This document shows, piece by piece, positions 16,264-31,300 of a stretch of 64,000 nucleotides of DNA. The position numbers and the translations under genes are program-made. Below the pieces are notes generated by a model. The model had not been told where the DNA came from. It searched no databases and worked only from the letters and a program-made list of their open reading frames with translations. The stretch comes from Anaeramoeba ignava BMAN. Its lineage: Eukaryota; Protista; Anaeramoebae. Within the stretch, counting starts at the first letter, position 1; each line of letters opens with the position of its first letter. The stretch covers positions 186,001 through 250,000 of the forward strand of contig JAPDFW010000084.1 in NCBI GenBank assembly GCA_028826165.1, read 5' to 3'.

Positions 16264-18303
16264 TCATTTATAAGTTAGATTTGTAATAAAGCTTGCAAAT
16301 AAACTTGAATTAATTTGTAATGGATCTTCTGAAATTTGATAAAATTCAAAAGCATCCTCCAATTCATTTTTAATTTTTTCTGGTAAATTATCTGGAATTT
16401 CATTTGTATAAAAATATTCAAATAAAACTTCAATTGCTTCTAAAGATTTGGCTGAATAATCATGAACGGAATTAGAAGGATCATCAACATTTTCAAACAT
16501 TGAATAAAATAATTGACTTCTTGCTTGTAGAATGAATTTATGAATTTTGATTTCTTTTTCTTCTACAATAATTTTGAAATCTTTTGTAGATTCTGTTTGA
16601 TAGAGTTTTTTCATATCTGCTACAATTCCATGATATTTGCTTTTTTTGTTGAATTGATCTTTGAAATTTTCACATTTGAATATTTTTTGGATCGTATCAT
16701 TAAACTCTTGTTCGTATGTTTCGTAATCGATTTGCAGAAAATCTGAATTTTGCTGAACTAAATTGATATCTTTTTCATCATCTTCTGTGTACTCATTCAT
16801 CATAATATAATCAAACCCTGAATAAACCCATTTGAGAATTCTTTCGACAATGAAAGAATTTGACTGGGAAAAAATTTGTTGAAGAAATTCTTTTGAGATT
16901 TGGTCTGAATTTTCTTTTGTAGAAAGACGCGTTTTTAATAGCTCAAAAAACACGATGAATTTAGCACCATTTTTGGAGGTGATTTCGAAATCTCCCTTTT
17001 TTAAATCGAACAGTTTCAACAAATCATTTGAAAGAGAAAACTTGCAAAACGGACAATAAAAGAACTTTTCCAAATTTTGTTTCTTTTTCCAATTTTGAAA
17101 GCAATCGTGATGGAAAACTCTTTTGCATTTCTTGCATGTGATAATTTGCAAGGAATAGTTCCTCCAATAGATATAAGTTGGTGACAAGCATAACGGACAA
17201 TAAATATCTAATGAAATTCCAATTTTCAAGTCTTGCCATTCATCCAAATTTTGGAGAAGGGGAATGTAATATATATAGTCATAGAGTTCTTCTGAGTAAG
17301 AAGTATGCTGGTGTTCTCTTGGTGATTGCATCCATGGATGGAAATATTTAATGTTGTTTTTGTAACCTTCCCACATTACATTACAATAAAGAAAATATAA
17401 TTTTTCAAGTTTAAAGTTATGAGAATCACATTTGGGACATTTGATTTTTTTGAGATGTTTTTGAACATCGATAATCTGCATATTGCGTTCCATATCTTGA
17501 ATTTTTCCAGGATTGTAAACAAAATATGTGTTATAAATCTCACAATTTGGATTTAAACAGCAACAATAGAAATTAATTCCTCGATGAATTTGTAGGTATT
17601 CTTTTTTGGGTTGTTTGTTTGGGAATCTGATTTCTTTAAATAGCACAGGATGCTTGAAAACTTCTTTGTTAGAACTCCATTGGCAAATATCATCTTTATC
17701 CATGTTTTCAATGATTTTTTCATTTTGGATCGGATTTTGAGAATCAATGAATTTTTTTGAGAATTCAAAAGAATCCAATTTTGGAGGAAGAGAGAAATCA
17801 TCGTTAAGAGCGCCTCTAAGACGAAGAACAACATGAATCAGTGAGTTAAGGCTGATTCCATAGTCAGTAATTGTTCTTCCGTCTTCCAATCCTTTTCCAG
17901 CAAAAATCATTCTTTGATTTGAAGGAGAAATATATAAAACAGTTGATAATTTCTCTTTAAGATCGGAAATTGTGGAATCTTTTGCTACTTTGATGTTGTA
18001 TTCATGTCCTGTTAATGTTTTGAATCTCAAATTAATTTCTCCTTTTGGATAAAATAAAAAACAAAGCATTTTTTCGGAATTTTTCATTTTTGCTATTCTT
18101 ATTGGATGGTAATTTTGATTGGAATCAATGTATATTTCAGTTTTATCTTCTTTTTTCAAGTATTTACAAAGTCCATTTTGAAGAATTTGATTTGCAAAAC
18201 ATTCCTTATTGTTTTCTGTTATTGGAAATTGGAAAATTGGATTGAATTCAGAAACTGGAAATGTTTGAATAAATTTAATTTTCTTATTAATTTTTTTATT
18301 CAT
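16264..18303 (-). CDS. Ubiquitin-like + Cys-rich Zn module + RING-H2-like + BTB/POZ protein (679 aa, intronless)
   Basis: Ubl (FKTLTG...[21 protein letters not shown]...LRLRGA); CCCLNPNC...CPKC; CPLC...[12 protein letters not shown]...W...CPFC; C-terminal [32 protein letters not shown]...FEYFYT. Confidence 0.85.
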   Translation of the reverse strand: MNKKINKKIKFIQTFPVSEFNPIFQFPITENNKECFANQILQNGLCKYLKKEDKTEIYIDSNQNYHPIRIAKMKNSEKMLCFLFYPKGEINLRFKTLTGHEYNIKVAKDSTISDLKEKLSTVLYISPSNQRMIFAGKGLEDGRTITDYGISLNSLIHVVLRLRGALNDDFSLPPKLDSFEFSKKFIDSQNPIQNEKIIENMDKDDICQWSSNKEVFKHPVLFKEIRFPNKQPKKEYLQIHRGINFYCCCLNPNCEIYNTYFVYNPGKIQDMERNMQIIDVQKHLKKIKCPKCDSHNFKLEKLYFLYCNVMWEGYKNNIKYFHPWMQSPREHQHTSYSEELYDYIYYIPLLQNLDEWQDLKIGISLDIYCPLCLSPTYIYWRNYSLQIITCKKCKRVFHHDCFQNWKKKQNLEKFFYCPFCKFSLSNDLLKLFDLKKGDFEITSKNGAKFIVFFELLKTRLSTKENSDQISKEFLQQIFSQSNSFIVERILKWVYSGFDYIMMNEYTEDDEKDINLVQQNSDFLQIDYETYEQEFNDTIQKIFKCENFKDQFNKKSKYHGIVADMKKLYQTESTKDFKIIVEEKEIKIHKFILQARSQLFYSMFENVDDPSNSVHDYSAKSLEAIEVLFEYFYTNEIPDNLPEKIKNELEDAFEFYQISEDPLQINSSLFASFITNLTYK

Positions 18304-18453
18304 TTTTTTGATAATAAAAGATAAAAAGTGAAAAATTATTTTTTCATTTTTTTTTTTTCATTTTTTTTCTTTTTATTTTGTTTTAAAAATAAATATAATA
18401 AATAATAAATAATAAATAATAAATAATAAATATAATAAGATTATTAATAAATT

Positions 18454-21400
18454 ATGGATTGTTCTTTTTTTACACATTTTAAACACCATCCTTTACCATA
18501 TGATTATGAAACAGAAAATCAATCGATTGAAATAAGACGAGATTCTTTACAAACTTTATTAAATTTTCCTAAAGATGATATTGTTTTAGAAACAATTAAA
18601 AGAGAATTTCGCACAAAGAAAAATCCATTTCCTGTAATTTGTTTTTTTAATTTTTTTTTTCCAAGAATTAATTAGAAAGCAAAAAAAAAAATTTTTATTT
18701 AAACAATAAACAAAAACACAATTTAAAAAATTTAAAAAATTTTAAATTAAATTTATAACGAGAATTTTTCAATTAAAATCAATTTATAAAATTAAAATTC
18801 ATTTATAAAATTGAAATTAAATTTAAAATTCAAATTAAAATTAAAATTCAAATTCAAATTCAAATTCAAATTAAAATTCATTTATATTAAAATTAAAATT
18901 AAAATTAAATTTAAAATTAAAATTAAAATTAAAATTCAAATTCAAATCAAAATTCATTTAAATTTAAAATTAAAATTAAAATTAAAATCAAAATTAAAAT
19001 TCATTTATAAAATTGAAATTAAATTTAAAATTCATTTATAAATTTAAAATTAAAATTCAAATTAAAATTCATTTATAAAATTAAAATTTAAAATTCATTT
19101 TAAAATTAAAATTAAAATTCATTTTAAAATTAAAATTAAAATTCATTTTAAAATTAATATTAAAATTCAAATTAAAATTAAAATTCAAATTCAAATTCAA
19201 ATTTAAATTCAAATTCAAATTTAATTTAAAATTCATTTATAATATTAATATTAAAATTAAAATTAAAATTAAAATCAATATCAATATCAATATCAATATC
19301 AATATCAATATCATCAATATCAATATCATCAATATCAATATCAATATCAAAAATTAAAATTAAAAATTCATTTATAAAATTAAAATTAAAATTAAAATTA
19401 AAATTAAAATTAAAATCAAAATTCAAATTCAAATTCAAATTAAAATTCATTTATAAAATTAAAATTAAAATTAAAATTAAAATTAAAATTAAAATTAAAA
19501 TTAAAATTAAAATTTAAAATTAAAATTAAAATTAAAATTAAAATTCATTTTAAAATTAAAATTAAAATTAAAATTTAAAATTAAAATTAAAATTAAAATT
19601 AAAATTCAAATTAAAATTCAAATTAAAATTAAAATTCAAATTAAAATTAAAATTAAATTTAAAATTCATTTATAAAATTAAAATTAATAGAAAGATTTCT
19701 TAGATGATACAAATACAGAACCATATATTAAAGAATGCTTAAAATCATTTTCTGAAGATTGGAAAGTATTAAATTGGAAATATCGAGCTTATAAAAAATT
19801 ACCAACAATAACAGAAGAAACAAAAAAGCAAACACAAAAAATCAAAAAAGAAGAAAAACCACAAAAACTAACATTACGAGAAAGACTTGCACAAGCAAAA
19901 GAGATGCGCAAAAGCGCTAACAACCCATTCCAATCTTTAAAGAGCACTGGACCAGTACCTTTAGAAACAAGTCAATCAACACAAAATAAAAAATTGACAC
20001 TTAGAGAACAGTTTGCGCTCAAAAAACAGCAAATGCAAACAGGGGTGTCGCCCGTACCAACGAAAGCACAGGAACCAGAACAACCAACTCCGCCAAAGAA
20101 GCTTACACTTAGAGAACAACTGGCACTGAAGAAACAACAAACACAAATGAGAATATCACCGACAAAAAACGAAAATACTCAGAAAATAGATGATGATAAA
20201 AACATTGGTGATAAGAAAATAAACGAGAGAACAGATCGAAGAAAAGGAAAAGGTGAGAAGGATAATACTAGCGGGCTTATAGACAACCAACAAACAAAAT
20301 TATCAAAAAATCATTCTCGGGAAAATTATGATGAAAATGAAAATCAAAAAGATCGAGGAAATGAAAACGAAAACGATAACGAAAACGATAACGAAAATGA
20401 GAACGAAAATAATAACGACAGCGATGATGCAAAGGCGGAAATTGAGGAAACATTGAAGAAATTTGATCAGCAAGATTTTGAGATTGATCATGTTCAATCA
20501 CTTGAAAATTCTGAAAATAAACGGCAAGAAAAAACTGGATTGGATACTTTTTTCCATGAAAACGCGCCGAATCAAGCAATCAAGATTGAGGACAGCGATA
20601 TTAATACTGAATTGATATCATCAAATGCAGAAAAATATGAGGAAGAGCATCGCAAAAAGCATCAGGAATGCAAAAAAATATTCGAAGTTTTCAGCAATGT
20701 TAGTGTCGATAATTTATTTGGAGATCCGCGAGTTCCATCGCAAACGTTTCAGGAAACAAAAAAGAAGTATCTTCTTGTTGAGCCAGTTTCGTTGAGTTTT
20801 CCTTTAGAAACTGGGGAACCGTTTTTTTGTTCGTTAGCTCTTTATGACATACATAACAAAGTTAAATTATCAGAAAATTTCCATTTTGAGTTGAATTCAG
20901 AAGAGTCTTTGAAGATGATTGATAAGTTTGCGTTTAAAAAAGTTGATGAAGTTACTCGAGCTAAAAAGGCGATTTTTAGTCTTTCTTATTCTTCTGTTTA
21001 TATATATTTACTTCTTAGGATTGAGAATATTTTCCAAGGAGATTATGAGAAGGTTGTTGAGCCTTATATAAAAGCTGGGGTAAGGATAAGAAAATTAAAA
21101 TATAAATTAAAATATTATAAATTAAAATATTAATTAAAATATTTATTTAAAATATTATTAAAATATTTAAAATATTAAAATATTTATTTAAAATATTAAT
21201 TTAAATATTAATTTAAATATTTATTTAAAATATTTAATTAAAATATTTATTTAATTATTAAAATATTAATTTAAATATTTATTAAAATATTTATTAAAAT
21301 ATTTATTTAAATATTTATTAAATTATTTAAAATATTAATTTAAATATTTATTAAAATATTTATTAAAATATTCATTTAAATTATTTAAAATATTCTCGAA

Positions 21401-24400
21401 AAAAAGGCTTCAAAAAAATCAGGAGTAAGCTTCTCAAAAATTAACTCAAAAATCAAAGCAGCATGCACAACAGTAGGACAATTCCATTCGGGATTCTCAT
21501 GGAGTGCACTCCAAGTATTCGACAAAGATAAAACATGCCTTCTAGATTACGACAACGGAATTCAATTTGCACCATTAATACAAAACAAGGAAGAGATGAC
21601 AGACGAACAAATCTACAAATTCCTGAACGAGAAAAAAACAAACACATTCAAAAAACAACGAATATTACCAGGATATTGCACAGTGAAAGTGGGATGCATC
21701 GACACAAAAGAAGACCTCCCAGATGGACGAGTTGACCCATCTATGCTTGAGGTAAAAGACGAGGGAAAGAAGCAGGAAAAGACTGAAGAAAAGAAAAAGA
21801 AAGATATTGTTCGGGAAGTGGCAGAATTTCCATTGAATCCATATTCAACTCCAAACACAACTTTTGTGAACACACTTTATTTATATCCACAGAGCCTCTC
21901 ACTAAACACGAAGATGAAGGGTGTGAAGCTGCACAATCTGATGGTGAAGACTGAGTTCAAAATGGATGACAACAGCTTGAGCGAACAGGGTCTGGAGGTG
22001 ATCTACGGAAGGACAAACAGTCCAGGATTTGTGCGTTCAGCTTTCACACAAATTCGGGCCCATTCTAAAAAGCCAAAGTTCTGGGATGAAGTAAAACTGG
22101 CTCTTCCGTTGGCACTTAACGAGAGTTATCACGTGCTTTTCACTGTCTACAATGTCCCATCGAAGGTCAAGAAAAATCACCACGGACCTGTCGAACAACT
22201 TGTAGGTCATGCATTGCTAAAAGTGTACAAAAATGGAAACCTTCTTGAGGACACACACACACTGAAAGTGGTCTTCAACCTTCCCGAAACGCATTATCTC
22301 AGCTTCCCCGAATTATACAGCGAGGAGATCGCAAAGACGCAAATGTTCAAAGTGCGAACAAAAGTGGATTCTTCAGTTTATCCTCAAGACCGTTATCTTG
22401 TGACATTTTTTAAAAATTATCAGAACACAAACCACAACTTCCTGATCGACGCAATCGGCGAATTGAACAAGACAATGCCGCATGTGATTGTGAAATATTT
22501 TGTGGTGGTTACAAACCTGCTGTTTCATGTGATGGCGAACGGAAAGGACAAAGCGGTGCAATTGATTGCATTTCAAGCACTTGTGAAGCTTGTTAACTCT
22601 GTGCACACATATCATCCGGGAGCAAGAAAAAGCGTTCTGGGACCATATGTGAGATTCTCTTTTCGCAACCCGCCTGTTATGAAAGATGCAGTAGACAACG
22701 CAATACAAAACGATCCAGATCAAGCAAACGATCCGGCAGAAATGGTTTTTTCGCGACGGTTAGTTTACCGGCAAATTGTGTATAACTGGCGAAACGCTTT
22801 AAAGAAAAACAGGATGAACCACGACTTGATGCACGAGACAGAGAAGGAAAGCTACCCGACTGTTGCGTGGTTTCTTTTCGATTTGATTATCAAATCAATG
22901 GCACTTGATCTCGAGTCGCGAGGACTTTTTGGCGATTTCAGCGTCTCAAGAGCTGCGTGGTTCGGCGAGGAATATATCAACGATCTCCACTCGCTTCTGG
23001 AATGTCTTGTTGACGAGGTTCGTTGGCAATCGGCAAAGGCTTTCACTATCGGAAAGGAACTCAACCGCATTATCGCGTTTTTCTTCAAGGATCTTTTCTC
23101 TCTTTTCGATCGCGGAGAAGTTTTCAGACTTATTGACGCGTACATGAATGATCTTGAAAACGAGAAGGAAGCGAAGAAAGTTCACATGACAGAATTTCAA
23201 TTTGATTTTCTTCGGATCATCAGTGATTACGAACACTATCTCGCGCTCAACTTGCCGGTTCCACCCGAACTTATTTCCGTGAACATGATAGGTGGTGATA
23301 TTTCAGAGACAGCAGAGACAAAGAGCCAAACAAGCACGCCTCGGAAGAGCGTGGGGGAAAGTGCAAAGAAGAGCGCAGAGAAGAAGGACGGGATGGGCGT
23401 TATGAATAGCAACGAAAAAAACGTTGGGGAGACAATCAATCCGCGCGAGTTTCTAACGACAGGGATGATGGAGAAACTGTTCCGCAAGCATTTCTTAGCT
23501 GGGCGGATTGTACAGAGCGTGGCCATCATCTTCGACCCAGCAGCAGAGCATGTGAATACGAATCTACGAACGCGAGCAGTGGCGTTGTTGCGGGATATAC
23601 TGAACAAACACGAGACAGAGAAGGCTCTACAGCAGCGCCAATTACAACAGCGCGTGGCGGGATTGTATCTCCCGTTTGTTGTCGAATTACTTATGAATGT
23701 GGAGAAGCTTGGTATGGGTCAAGAGGCGTTAGAGGAGCGCAGAAACCTTCTTGTAAGCTTCTTGTATGTGGTGCATAATATGGATCGGCGCATCATACTT
23801 CGTGAATGGTGGCTCAAAGAAACACCCTCGCACAAGCTCGCGTTCTTCAAAGTTCTTGAGAAGTGTCTTGACACGTTTGAATATCTCGGAAAGTCCCGAC
23901 TTAGCGAAATTGCGCAGAAGAATCGGGATGAGAAATCAATGGGCCGTTACACATCCACAGAAACCCGCGAGATGCTTGAGAAATTCTACAATGCAGACTC
24001 AAAGAACTTCCAACGGATCCAACAGAAAACACTTGTTTTAAAAGGCGATGTTGTGGACATGCACGGTATGGCAGTTGTTGATGAGGCTGCAGACTTTGGC
24101 GATAATGAAACCGTCGACGATCCACTTGGTGATCCAGATTTCTCCACTTATCGCAGCTACAGTTCTGTCAATACCTTCGACACCATGAAGTCGCGCAAAT
24201 ACAAGCGCAACACCCTCAACACAGCAACCCTCCGCAACCGTCCGATCATGGCCCAAAACTTCGTTCTAGAGGGTAATCTCAACCTCACAGTCTCCCGCAT
24301 TGTTTTTCTTCTTCTTTCCGACTTCATCTCCTCCTTCGAGTCAATGCTCCATGCTCATCACGCAAGAGACGGCGAGTCAAGCTATCTCACTGCCGTCTTC

Positions 24401-26690
24401 TCTCTCTTTGTTCAGTTTCTGCGCAAGAACCAAACAAATTCCTTTCTCGAAATGCTTTTTTTCGTTCTGCGCTCGTTTATCATCAGATTCGCTCGTGAAA
24501 TCTTCCTCGAAAACAACCAATTTCTCGGCGAATTATGCATCGAGCTTTTGCGCATGACTTCCTTCCACAGCGACAGCATCAGAATCATGTCCAGTTCCTT
24601 TCTTTTTGTGCTTCTCCGCACAAACTATGATCTCACTAACGACATTACATCAACTGAAGTGAGAATCATAATTGCGCTCTCAAAACTCGCAGGAGACGCA
24701 CAGAACTCCCGCAGCGATTTCTTCACACGCAAGAGTCTTGCCATTCTGCGTTCTCTTGCACAAAGAGAGACACAAAAACACCCTCAATCTCAATCTCGTC
24801 TCCGTTTCTCATCGCTTGTCGAGGAATCCACTCTCCAAATGGAATCCATCCTCGACGACTCCTCTAAACTTAAACAATACGAACACGATCCAGACACAAC
24901 CGCCTATCTCTACTGGCGAATCGCAAACAATTACCGTCATGCTCCAGATCTCAGAATCATCTGGCTCGAATCCCTTGTCAAATTTCACTCCCAAAATTTA
25001 AACCAAGTTGAGGCTGCAATAACAACCGTCCATATTGCTGCTCTTGTTGCCGAATATCTCCACAAAATGTATCCCGAAAAGATCCATCTTCCCTCTGGTG
25101 CTCGCGCCTTTCTTGCAGTTTCAAGCACTTGTCTCGAAGAGCGTTTTGACAAGCGATCTCCTGATGAAACTTCCCAATCTGCTGAAAAACCCCCGCCTCT
25201 CCCTTCTCGTCCTTCAGACACAAACTTACGTCGTCGCTCGCACGCCTTCTTTGATCTCATCTCCCGCTCTAAATCCCCTCACGCAAAGCTTCAAGCCCGT
25301 AAACCAATCTCTAAAGCCCCTCGTCTTTCAAGTAACCCCCAAAAAGACGAAAAAGTGACCCCCAAAAATAAAAAGGAAAAAATAAAAGAAAAAGATCAAA
25401 AATAAAAAGATCAAAAATAAAAAGATCAAAAATAAAAAAGATGAAGATGAAGATAAAGATGAAGATGAAGACGAAAAGGATAAAGAGAAAAAAGATAAGA
25501 AACGCAGAAAGTCGAAATACGCTCATCTTCATAACGTCTGCAAATCACAACACTTCTCAGAAAAAGGCATCATCGATCTCTTCCACACAACAATCACAAG
25601 ACTTACAGAGGCAGAGCTCTACGAAATTGCATACGAAATGTACAAACTATTGATCCCTATTTTCGAGCACAAACGCGACTACAAAAACCTCTCTGTCTCC
25701 TTCCTATCACTCAAACGACTCTTCGACAGTCTGATTGAAGAGTCTGTATTTTCACGTCCACGGATGCTTGGTTCATACTATCGTGTGGGATTTTACGGTG
25801 AGAAGTTTGGAGATCTCAATTGCGTTGAGTTTATCTATCGTGAAAAAAAACTGACACATTTACTCGAAATTTCAGAACGGATCCAAGCGCAACTGGAACA
25901 TCTTCATCCAAAGGATTCAATTGTTCTGATCACTTCATCAGCACCTGTCGACATCAAACAACTTGACTCGCGATCCAAGCTTCATGTCCAAATAACGGCT
26001 GTGCGTCCCTATTTTGACGTTCACGAAACAAAACTCAGAATCACAAATTTTGAGCGAGTTACAAGTGTTTCGAGTTTCATGTTCGACACACCATACACAA
26101 CCTCCGGAAAGTCACACGGCGATATTGAAGAGCAGCATCTTCGCAGAACAGTTCTCACTGTTGATCGCTCTTTCCCATATATCATTGCGCGTCTCAAAGT
26201 TGTGCGCAAAACAGTCTATGATCTCACACCCATTGAGGTTTCCATCGAATCTCTTCGCAACAAATCTCTCCAGCTCAGAGCTGAGCTCCAACAGACACAA
26301 ACAAATGTTGGCAATCTCCAATCTCTTCTTCAAGGAGCTTGTCTCACATCCGTAAATGTTGGTCCCTTCGAGATCTGTCGTGTCTTCTTAGGAAGACCTC
26401 ATTTATTCCCTCAAAAACATATTGATCAACTCAAGTCGGAATTTAGAACTTTTTTGAAACTTCTTAATGAGGCTATTAAACTTAATGAATACAAGATTAA
26501 ATCTGACCAGATCCTCTTCCATGAGGCTATTAAAAATGGTTATGATAAACTCAATTCTTCTATTCAAGCTTATCTTTCTGGAAATATTCCTGTTGATGAA
26601 AATCAAATTTCTGATCAAAATATATCTGAATCTTCTCAAAATGTAAAAGATTCTCAAAAAGATACCCAAAACGATAGTGACTTGAAATGA
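18454..26690 (+). CDS. DOCK-family (zizimin / DOCK-C/D-type) Rho GTPase GEF; apparent frameshift at ~25390-25440
   Basis: Exons 18454-18633, 19691-21079, 21407-26690. EPFFCSLALYD...KLSENFHFELN; DHR1 C2 (FVNTLYLYPQSL, PKFWDEVKLALP); DHR2 (YRHAPDLRIIWL, YYRVGFYG, EFIYRE, FMFDTPYT, SVNVGP). The frame shifts in a 3x16-bp A-rich repeat and resumes with AELYEIAYEMYKLLIP. Confidence 0.9.
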
Positions 26691-26694
26691 TTTC

Positions 26695-27260
26695 AATCAA
26701 ATCTAAGTTTAAATCTAAATCTAATTTTATATCTAAATCTTAAATTTAATTTAATTTTAAATTTAAATCTAAATTTTAAATCTAAATCTTAAATCTAAAT
26801 TTAATTTTAAATTTAAATCTAAATTTTAAATCTAAATCTTAAATCTAAATTTAATTTAATTTTAAATCTAAATTTAATTTTAAATCTAAATTTAATTTTA
26901 TATCTAAATCTAATTTTAATTTTAAATCTAAATCTAATTTTATATCTAAATCTAATTTTATATCTAAATCTATTTTATATCTAATTTTATATCTAATTTT
27001 AAATCTAAATTTAATTTTAAATCAAAATTTAAATCTAAATCTAATTTTAAATCAAAATTTAAATCTAAATCTAATTTTATATCTAATTTTATATTTAAAT
27101 CTATTTTTATATCTAAATCTAAATCTAAATCTAATTTTAAATCTAAATCTATTTTTAAATCTAAATTTATTTCTAATTTTATTTCTAATTTTAAATTTAA
27201 TTTTATATCTAAATCTAAATCTAATTTTAAATATAAATCTAATTTTATATCTAAATTTAA
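26695..27260. repeat. (AAATCT/AATTTT)n degenerate hexamer repeat 3' of the DOCK gene
   Basis: Direct inspection. Confidence 0.8.
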
Positions 27261-28346
27261 TTTTTGCTTTCTTGTCAAAATTTTACATTCATTTTTCTTT
27301 CATCAACATTTATAATTTTCTTATCATTTTCATTTTTTTTTTTGCTTCTTTTTAATTTTTGAAATTTTTCTTTTCTTTTCTTTAAAAAAATAAAAATAAA
27401 AACAAAAACAAAAACAAAAACAATTTTTTTTTTATAAAGATTTTGTTTTTTATATTCAAATTCAATTTGAAAAAGGAATCAATCAAAAAGAAAAAAAATC
27501 AAATCAAACAAAAGAAATCAATTCAAAATTTAAATCAAATCAATTTCAAATCAAATCAAATCAAATCAAATCAAATCAAATCAAATCAAATCAAATTAAA
27601 CACTTATTAATCTTCTTCATCTCTCAAAATTTCATAAAAAAATATCTAAAAACAAAACAAAACAAAACAAGGAAACAAGGAAACAAAAAGGGAACAAGAA
27701 AAATTATCGATTTTTATTTTCATCAAAATTTTATAATTTTAATATAATTTTAATTTTTGATTATTTTTAATTTTTGATTATTAAAATTTTTTAAAATTAA
27801 TTTTAAAATTTTAAAAAAATAAAAAATAAAAAATTGATAAAACAAAAACAAAAACAATTTTTATAAAAGATTTTGATTTTTTTATTATTAAAAATTAAAT
27901 TTGATAAAAATTGAATAAAATTCAAAAATTGATTAAAAATTAAATTAAAATTCAAATTATTAAAATTGAATTAAATTAAAATTATTAAAATTAAATAAAA
28001 TTAAAATAAAATTAATATAAAAATTAAATTAAAAATTAATATAAAATTGATTTAAAATTAATTATCAAAATTTCATAAAAATATGATTAAAAACAAATAC
28101 AAATTGATTATTAAAAAAATTAAAAAGGGAAAAATTAATAAAAATTTATAAATTTGATTATTAAAATTAATATAAAATTGATATAAAATTAATTATTAAA
28201 ATTGATTAATAAAATTGATATAAAATTAATTATTAAAATTGATTTAAAATTAATTATTAAAATTGATTATTAAAATTGATTATTAAAATTGATTATTAAA
28301 ATTGATTATTAAAATTGATTATTAAAATTGATTTAAAATTGATTTT

Positions 28347-31300
28347 TTAATTGGTTTCATCATTTTGAGGAATTTTATCAGCAGTAAAAGAAGAATGAAG
28401 AAGACTTTGAGTTTCATCAGCAAATTGATGAGAACGTTCAGAATCAAAATTAAGATCAAGAGAATTTACAGGACGTTGAGCAGAAGGAACAAACACAGGA
28501 GGAATATTAAAATGAGAAGGAGAATTTCCATTTTGAACTAAATGAGAATTAATTTCTGCAAAAATTTTTTTCTGAGTCATTTCAATTGGACGAAAATGAG
28601 TATCACTTTGAAAAGGTGAAAATTTTTCACCTTGAACTAACGAACTTTGTTCAGAATTTAACGGAAAGGGGGAATAAATTGTATAAAGAGGAACTTGTTC
28701 AGAAGTCAAAGGTGAGATTCCTTCAAGGGATTTTGAATATGGAGGTGTTTCACGGACAAGATTGTTTGTGTTGGAATTGTGTTCAACATAAACACTGCGT
28801 AATTGGGGTGTTCCCAAATGTTGATACATGTGATTTGAATATCCAAAAGCGCGATATTTCTCGTCCTGTTCAAATTCTTTTGTGTCTTTAGGTGGTCGTA
28901 TTGTGCTCGGTGAAATTAGCAAAGGAGAGTACATAAATTGTGGATATACTATCCCATTGCTTGGGTTGTTGTAGATAGGTGTTCTTTGTACAGATGGTGG
29001 TGTTCCATACCCCATCATTCTTGATTCGTTGTTTCCAAATTGAAATCCTGATCCAAAATTTCCAGGCGATAAAAGTGCCCGAAGTTCAAGATGAATTGAG
29101 TGACTTTGTGCAAATTCATCTTCCATTCCCTTTAATTTCTCTTCTTTTTTCTCTTCTTTTTTCTCTTCTTTTTTCTCTTCCAAATCTTCTTCAATGTTTT
29201 TTTTTGCATTTTTTTTTGAACTTCTTAAACTCTTTAAATTGCTTTCTTCTTTTTGTTCTTCTTTTTGTTCTTCAAATAATTTTCTTGCTGCACTTCTTGT
29301 TAATATTCTTCTGTTGTTATTTTCTTTTAAGTCTTTAGTAGGAAATTGTGAATTTGAAATTTTAGGATTTTTGGCTAATTGCTCTTTTTTCTTATTCTTA
29401 TTTTTTTTATTGCAAGGTCTTTTAATATTTTGACTACGAAGTGATTCAAGATTATTTGATTGTTTCGCATCATTTTCAATTTCAATTTGATTTTGGTTTT
29501 GATTTTCTTTATCATTTGATTTTGTTGTTATTTTTAATTTTAATTTTGATCTTGTTATTATTGGTTTTGGTTTTGGTTTTGGTTTTGGTTTTGATTTTGA
29601 TTTTGATTTTGATTTTGATTTTGATTTTCGTTTTTTTGTATTTTGAGCTCTATCTGCTAATCTTCTTTTCAAAGAAGAATTCCAGTGATTTTTAATCATA
29701 TTATCTGGTCTTCCTTTAAAATGTTCTGAAATTAATGCCCATGCATTTCCTTTTTTTGCATGAAGTTCAATTAATAATTGATTTTCTTCTTCTGTCCATG
29801 GATTATGATTAATATTTGGATCTAAATGATTTTTCCATCTAATTTTATTTTTTATTATTATTTCTTTATTAGTTTTTTCTTTTATTGTTTTTACCTTTCT
29901 CGGCATTGTTTTCCTGATCTTCCTGTTATGTTTTCGGATATTTTTGCCCAATTTGTTGCTCCAAATGTTGCAACACAATCAATAAGTTTTTGATCTTCCT
30001 ATTTTGATTTGATTTAAAATTAATATAAAATTGATTTAAAATTGATTTAAAATTGATTTAAAATTGATTTAAAATTGATTTAAAATTGATTTAAAATTGA
30101 TTTAAAATTGATTTAAAATTGATTTAAAATTGATTTAAAATTGATTTAAAATTGATTTAAAATTGATTTAAAATTAATTTAAAATTGATTTAAAATTGAT
30201 ATAAAATTGATATAAAATTGATTTAAAATTGATTTAAAATTGATTTAAAATTGATATAAAATTGATATAAAATTAATATAAAATTGATTTAAAATTGATT
30301 TAAAATTGATTTAAAATTGATTTAAAATTGATTTAAAATTGATTTAAAATTGATTTAAAATTGATTTAAAATTGATTTAAAATTGATTTAAAATTGATTT
30401 AAAATTGATTTAAAATTTGATTTAAAATTGATATAAAATCGATATAAAATTAATTTAAAATTGATTTAAAATTTGATTTAAAATTGATATAAAATTGATT
30501 TAAAAATTGATTTAAAATTGATTTAAAATTGATTTAAAATTGATTTAAAATTGATTTAAAATTGATTTAAAATTGATTTAAAATTGATTTAAAATTGATT
30601 TAAAATTGATTTAAAATTGATTTAAAATTGATATAAAATTGATTTAAAATTGATTTAAATTTGATTTAAAATTGATTTAAAATTGATTTAAAATTGATTT
30701 AAAATTGATATAAAATTGATATAAAATTGATTTAAAATTAATATAAAATCGATATAAAATTGATTTAAAATTGATTTAAAATTGATTTAAAATTGATTTA
30801 AAATTGATTTAAAATTGATTTAAAATTGATATAAAATTGATTTAAAATTGATTTAAAATTGATTTAAAATTGATATAAAATTGATTTAAAATTGATTTAA
30901 ATTTGATTTAAAATTGATTTAAAATTGATATAAAATTGATTTAAAATTGATATAAAATTGATATAAAATTAATTTAAAATTGATTTAAAATTTGATTTAA
31001 AATTGATATAAAATCGATATAAAATTAATTTAAAATTGATTTAAAAATTGATTTAAAATTGATATAAAATCGATATAAAATCGATATAAAATCGATATAA
31101 AATTGATATAAAATTGATATAAAATTGATTTAAAATTAATTTAAAATTGATTTAAAATTAATATAAAATTGATATAAAATTGATTTAAAATTGATATAAA
31201 ATTGATTTAAAATTAATATAAAATTGATTTAAAATTGATTTAAAATTGATTTAAAATTAATATAAAATTGATATAAAATTGATTTAAAATTGATATAAAA

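Noticed and set aside
25385-25445. Programmed frameshift or pseudogenisation in DOCK (also LAT copy 1 at ~8835 and the hypothetical gene at ~57748)
   Set aside because: All breaks are single-base offsets in homopolymers or short repeats with intact conserved sequence on both sides. Long-read consensus error is the simplest explanation; read-level checking is needed.
21600-26400. GC-rich segment as horizontally acquired or contaminant DNA
   Set aside because: It is the continuous middle of a eukaryote-specific DOCK gene, and composition changes gradually.
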